Shown piece after piece: positions 60,761 through 64,000 of a stretch of DNA of 64,000 bases. The stretch lies in the NCBI GenBank assembly GCA_019058445.1, contig JAHPZA010000003.1, forward strand, positions 580,919-644,918. The letters are read 5' to 3'. The notes under the pieces were generated by a model. The model searched no databases. It was not told the origin of the DNA and was given only the letters and a program-made list of their open reading frames with translations. Origin of the DNA: Promethearchaeota archaeon. GTDB lineage: Archaea; Asgardarchaeota; Lokiarchaeia; Sigyniarchaeales; SOKP01. A program made the translations under genes and the position numbers. Each line of letters starts with the position of its first letter. Position 1 is the stretch's first letter.

Positions 60761-61461
60761 ATGGTTTCTCAAATGGGTTTATTAGATGGCCTAACTGCCT
60801 TAGGAGTTATTATCTCTTCTCTCATCTGTGGTTCCTTATCTATTTACAATTCAAAAAAACTGGATGCAAAACTCCTTTATTATCAGGATTATCAATGGTT
60901 TTATCAGGTTTATTATATCTGGGACCTGCTACTGATTTTATCTTAGTCTTAACAACTGGAAAAAATATTAGGCCGATATATTGGTATGGAATTTTAAGTT
61001 ATATGTGGGTAGGAGCATCAATACTACCATCTATGTACGTAGGTGCTGAACTTATAGCTCCTAAGAAAAAGAAGGTTATATTAGTAATATATCTAATTTT
61101 AGGTTTAATTTTTGAAGCATTCTTATGGTTAGATACTTCAAATGCGTTTACTTTCACGCTTGGCACCCCAGGGGAAGATTTAATTGACGCAAGTTATAAT
61201 CGGAATCATCCAACTTTCTTCTTTATCGCATTTTTTCTTTTGTCAGTTTTTATTTTTCTAGGAATAGGTTTTCTTGTAAAAGCTAAACAAGCCACTGGTG
61301 CAATAAGAAAAAAATTCATATTGATGTCTTTAGGATATTTAGATTTTGTAATTTGTGGGATGCTGGATTCTTTATTTGCTCCGGGTATAATGCTGTTTTT
61401 TGTTAGACTTGCAATGATGGGCAGTTCATGGTTAATCTATATTGGATTAAAACCGGGATAA
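60761..61461 (+). pseudogene. Frameshifted paralog of the 7-TM protein (or a sequencing indel)
   Basis: ORFs 60761..60946 and 60895..61461 together align to 59883..60581; one base is missing near 60876-60879. Confidence 0.75.
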
Positions 61462-61602
61462 CAATTTTAAACCAATTTTTTTTAAATTTAATTTTTATTT
61501 ACTCTTTTATATACTAAAGAATTAAATTAAACCAAGAAATCATATTCATTAAAAATGGATTTAATGAAAAAAACAAATTTGAGAATATAACCAAAACTTT
61601 AG

Positions 61603-62358
61603 GTGATAATAATTATTAAATTAGTGTTATTAAGGCATGGAGAAAGTGTATGGAATAAAGAAAACAGGTTTACTGGCTGGACTGATGTGGATCTTTCAGA
61701 GAAAGGAATTGAAGAAGCAAAAGAAGCGGGAAAAAAATTAAAGGAAGAGGGTTATATATTTGATGTAGCATATACTTCCGTGTTAAAACGGGGTATTAGA
61801 ACACTTTGGATCGTATTGGATGAGATGGATTTAATGTGGATCCCCGTCTATCGATCATGGAGATTAAATGAAAGACATTACGGGGCTTTACAGGGCTTCT
61901 ATAAATCCAAAATGGCAACTGAAGTAGGGGAAGAACAAGTATTAATTTGGAGGAGAAGTTATGATATCCCTCCTCCCGCTCTAAAGACAAGTGATACAAG
62001 ATATCCCGGTAACGATCCAAGATATAAAGAGATAAATCCCGATGAAATTCCATTGACAGAGTGTTTAAAAGACACTGTAGAGAGGTTTATGCCATATTGG
62101 CACGATACTATTGTCCCTACTCTTAAGGCTGGGAAAAAAGTATTGATTTCTGCACATGGCAACAGTTTACGAGCATTAGTAAAATATCTTGATAATGTCC
62201 CAGAAGAAGAAATTGTAAGCCTAAATATTCCAACAGGAATCCCTTTAGTATATGAGCTTGATGAGGATTTAAAACCAATAGAGCATTATTATCTTGGCGA
62301 TGCTGAAGAAATCCAAAAGGCAGTTAAAGCCGTTGAAGACCAGGGGAAAGCTAAGTAA
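61603..62358 (+). CDS. gpmA: 2,3-bisphosphoglycerate-dependent phosphoglycerate mutase; probable start ATT 61612
   Basis: LRHGES.WN..NRFTGW, LNERHYG, WRRSY, AHGNSLR. Confidence 0.96.
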   Translation: MIIIIKLVLLRHGESVWNKENRFTGWTDVDLSEKGIEEAKEAGKKLKEEGYIFDVAYTSVLKRGIRTLWIVLDEMDLMWIPVYRSWRLNERHYGALQGFYKSKMATEVGEEQVLIWRRSYDIPPPALKTSDTRYPGNDPRYKEINPDEIPLTECLKDTVERFMPYWHDTIVPTLKAGKKVLISAHGNSLRALVKYLDNVPEEEIVSLNIPTGIPLVYELDEDLKPIEHYYLGDAEEIQKAVKAVEDQGKAK

Positions 62359-62426
62359 ATAAATTGAAGTAATTTTGATTTATAATTCGAATCATAAAAA
62401 AATAAACAAGAAAAGGTTGCTAAGAA

Positions 62427-62996
62427 TTGACAAAAAAAAAATTTCGGGCTAGAGCATTCTTTTATCCTCTCACAACGATTATTGCTGGGGTAGATATCAA
62501 TGATAAACCAAACTTCCTCACAATTGCTTTCTGCGGAATGTTTCATTATAAACCTCCAATGCTTTACATATCTTCCGGAAAGGCTCACTATTCTAATCAA
62601 GGCATATTGGAAAATGAAACATTCAGTGTAAATTTTCCGTCAGTTGATATGGTTAAAGCAACCGATTACGTTGGAATGAAATCAGGAAAAGAAATTGATA
62701 AAGCCTTACTATTTGATGTCTTTTATGGAGAACTAAAAACTGCTCCAATGATAAATGAGGCTCCCATGAATCATGAATGTAAATTGGTAAAAGTTCTTGA
62801 TTTTGGTGGAACGAATGAAATATTTGTCGGAGAAATCATTCAGACTTATATTGATGAAGAATGTCTAGTAAATGGAAAGCCTGATATAAGAAAAATACGA
62901 CCCATATTATTTTCTGGTTATAATAATAATTATTTAGAGATAGGGAATAATATCGGTCAGGCTTATAAAATTGGTCGTGACTATGAAAAAAAATAG
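62427..62996 (+). CDS. Flavin reductase / flavoredoxin family protein
   Basis: KPN, HYSN.GI, FSVN.P, DYVG..SG, APMI.E.P...EC. Confidence 0.88.
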   Translation: MTKKKFRARAFFYPLTTIIAGVDINDKPNFLTIAFCGMFHYKPPMLYISSGKAHYSNQGILENETFSVNFPSVDMVKATDYVGMKSGKEIDKALLFDVFYGELKTAPMINEAPMNHECKLVKVLDFGGTNEIFVGEIIQTYIDEECLVNGKPDIRKIRPILFSGYNNNYLEIGNNIGQAYKIGRDYEKK

Positions 62997-63044
62997 AATC
63001 TTTTTTTTTTAATTTTAATAAAGTACATTATGTAACTAATTTAT

Positions 63045-64000
63045 TTAGCTTTGAAATCTAATTATATCTATTTTTAAAAGGGAAGCTAAATATTCTAAAG
63101 ATTTAAGATAATTACCATAAGCTATTATCCAGTGATGTCCCAATCCAAATTTTTCAACGATTTCCAAATATTTATTTATTGAAGTCGGTAATTTTACTCG
63201 GATTGGATTTCCGGGGAACACCATTTCTGTTTTGATCGCTTCTCCTTCAATTATACCCATTCGATAGGTCCCTTTTCGACCCACTAAATTTACCATGGTT
63301 ACTTTTCCCAGTTTTGAGGGGAATAACACGCAAAGTCCTCTATTCGCAAGTCTTACGTTGGCAAGTTCAATTTCTTGATGACTTTTAGCCAACTCAAAAG
63401 AGCCGCTTCCACAATGACTCCCTATAATACTATTATCATCCTCAAATAAATATAAGGGATCAATATTGTGGACAGGACTTCCCGATAAGTTCATTAAAAT
63501 ATACATAAGGATGAGTGCATTGATATCACCTTCACAAGCTCCTGGAATGCCCTCATCTGCCAGAAGACTAAATGCTAAACAAAGCTCTCCCATATAATCG
63601 GGGTAACATTCTATGGTTACTCCAGAGATGTGCTCAGTTTTTAGAATCCTTTTTAAGGCCAAATAATTCTTTATAGCTTTTATTCCATCAGATTCACTCA
63701 CAGAAATTTTACCCACTTTTTCCCTTACATCCCCCCATAAATCTGAGGCACTATTATCAGCTATATAATTAACCTCTTCCTTAAATTTATCAATTCCAAT
63801 TGATATAATTCTTGGTCCAAAGATTTCTTTAACCGAATATTCATCACAGATTACTTCAGCCATGCCCTGAGTTCGATGCCCTATTTTTAAAAATCGTAAG
63901 GATTTCATATTATTTTTTAAGGAACTACATGTGGCATAAGTCTTTATTTTTTCAAGAGCTTGTTCATCATCTCTATAAACAAATATGCATTCCTTTTTTA
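63045..64000 (-). CDS. L-fucose/L-arabinose isomerase family protein, 5' end beyond the window
   Basis: ECYP, ACEGD, HCGS, GHHW; frame stays open upstream of 63908 to the window edge. Confidence 0.8.
   Translation of the reverse strand, partial: KKECIFVYRDDEQALEKIKTYATCSSLKNNMKSLRFLKIGHRTQGMAEVICDEYSVKEIFGPRIISIGIDKFKEEVNYIADNSASDLWGDVREKVGKISVSESDGIKAIKNYLALKRILKTEHISGVTIECYPDYMGELCLAFSLLADEGIPGACEGDINALILMYILMNLSGSPVHNIDPLYLFEDDNSIIGSHCGSGSFELAKSHQEIELANVRLANRGLCVLFPSKLGKVTMVNLVGRKGTYRMGIIEGEAIKTEMVFPGNPIRVKLPTSINKYLEIVEKFGLGHHWIIAYGNYLKSLEYLASLLKIDIIRFQS

Noticed and set aside
59883-61461. Rhodopsin assignment for the 7TM proteins
   Set aside because: No retinal-binding Lys motif within TM7.
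1900-62600. Many short antisense or alternate-frame ORFs in the track (e.g. 3814, 5757, 21330, 27075, 36700, 40291, 47860, 62289)
   Set aside because: They overlap well-supported genes and are shadows of codon bias; the F/S-rich ones mirror K/E-rich sense proteins.
1-64000. CRISPR arrays, tRNA/rRNA genes, IS elements, integrases
   Set aside because: No regularly spaced repeats, GC-rich structural RNA segments or transposase/integrase motifs found by eye.

Overview
AT-rich, gene-dense archaeal chromosome segment, most consistent with an Asgard archaeon of the Lokiarchaeia. That call rests on two roadblock/LC7 genes, two longin-like genes, a VWA-RING protein, expanded fatty-acid oxidation paralogs, a non-pyrrolysine MttB, an Fwd-like operon, GGTGA/GAGGT Shine-Dalgarno sites and oligo-T terminators. 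About 55 CDS; I found no rRNA, tRNA, CRISPR array or transposase. Most notable: (1) an fwdG/B/D/A-like operon whose B and A subunits appear to have lost catalytic residues, with no fwdC in the operon; (2) a two-gene membrane system with three TM-hairpin + left-handed beta-helix units, matching the architecture of the epsilon-poly-L-lysine synthetase terminal module; (3) a VWA + double RING-like protein resembling TFIIH p44/Ssl1 and Rpn10; (4) a divergent RtcB-fold protein; (5) two giant TrmB-type proteins with long helical inserts; (6) five genes that appear to start at ATT/ATA codons; (7) a longin-roadblock-roadblock cluster beside a 1490-aa surface protein whose tail carries sorting-like motifs; (8) stand-alone 7TM paralogs, one frameshifted; (9) two small ORFs missed by the ORF track. 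All family assignments come from motifs recognised by eye; no database search was run.
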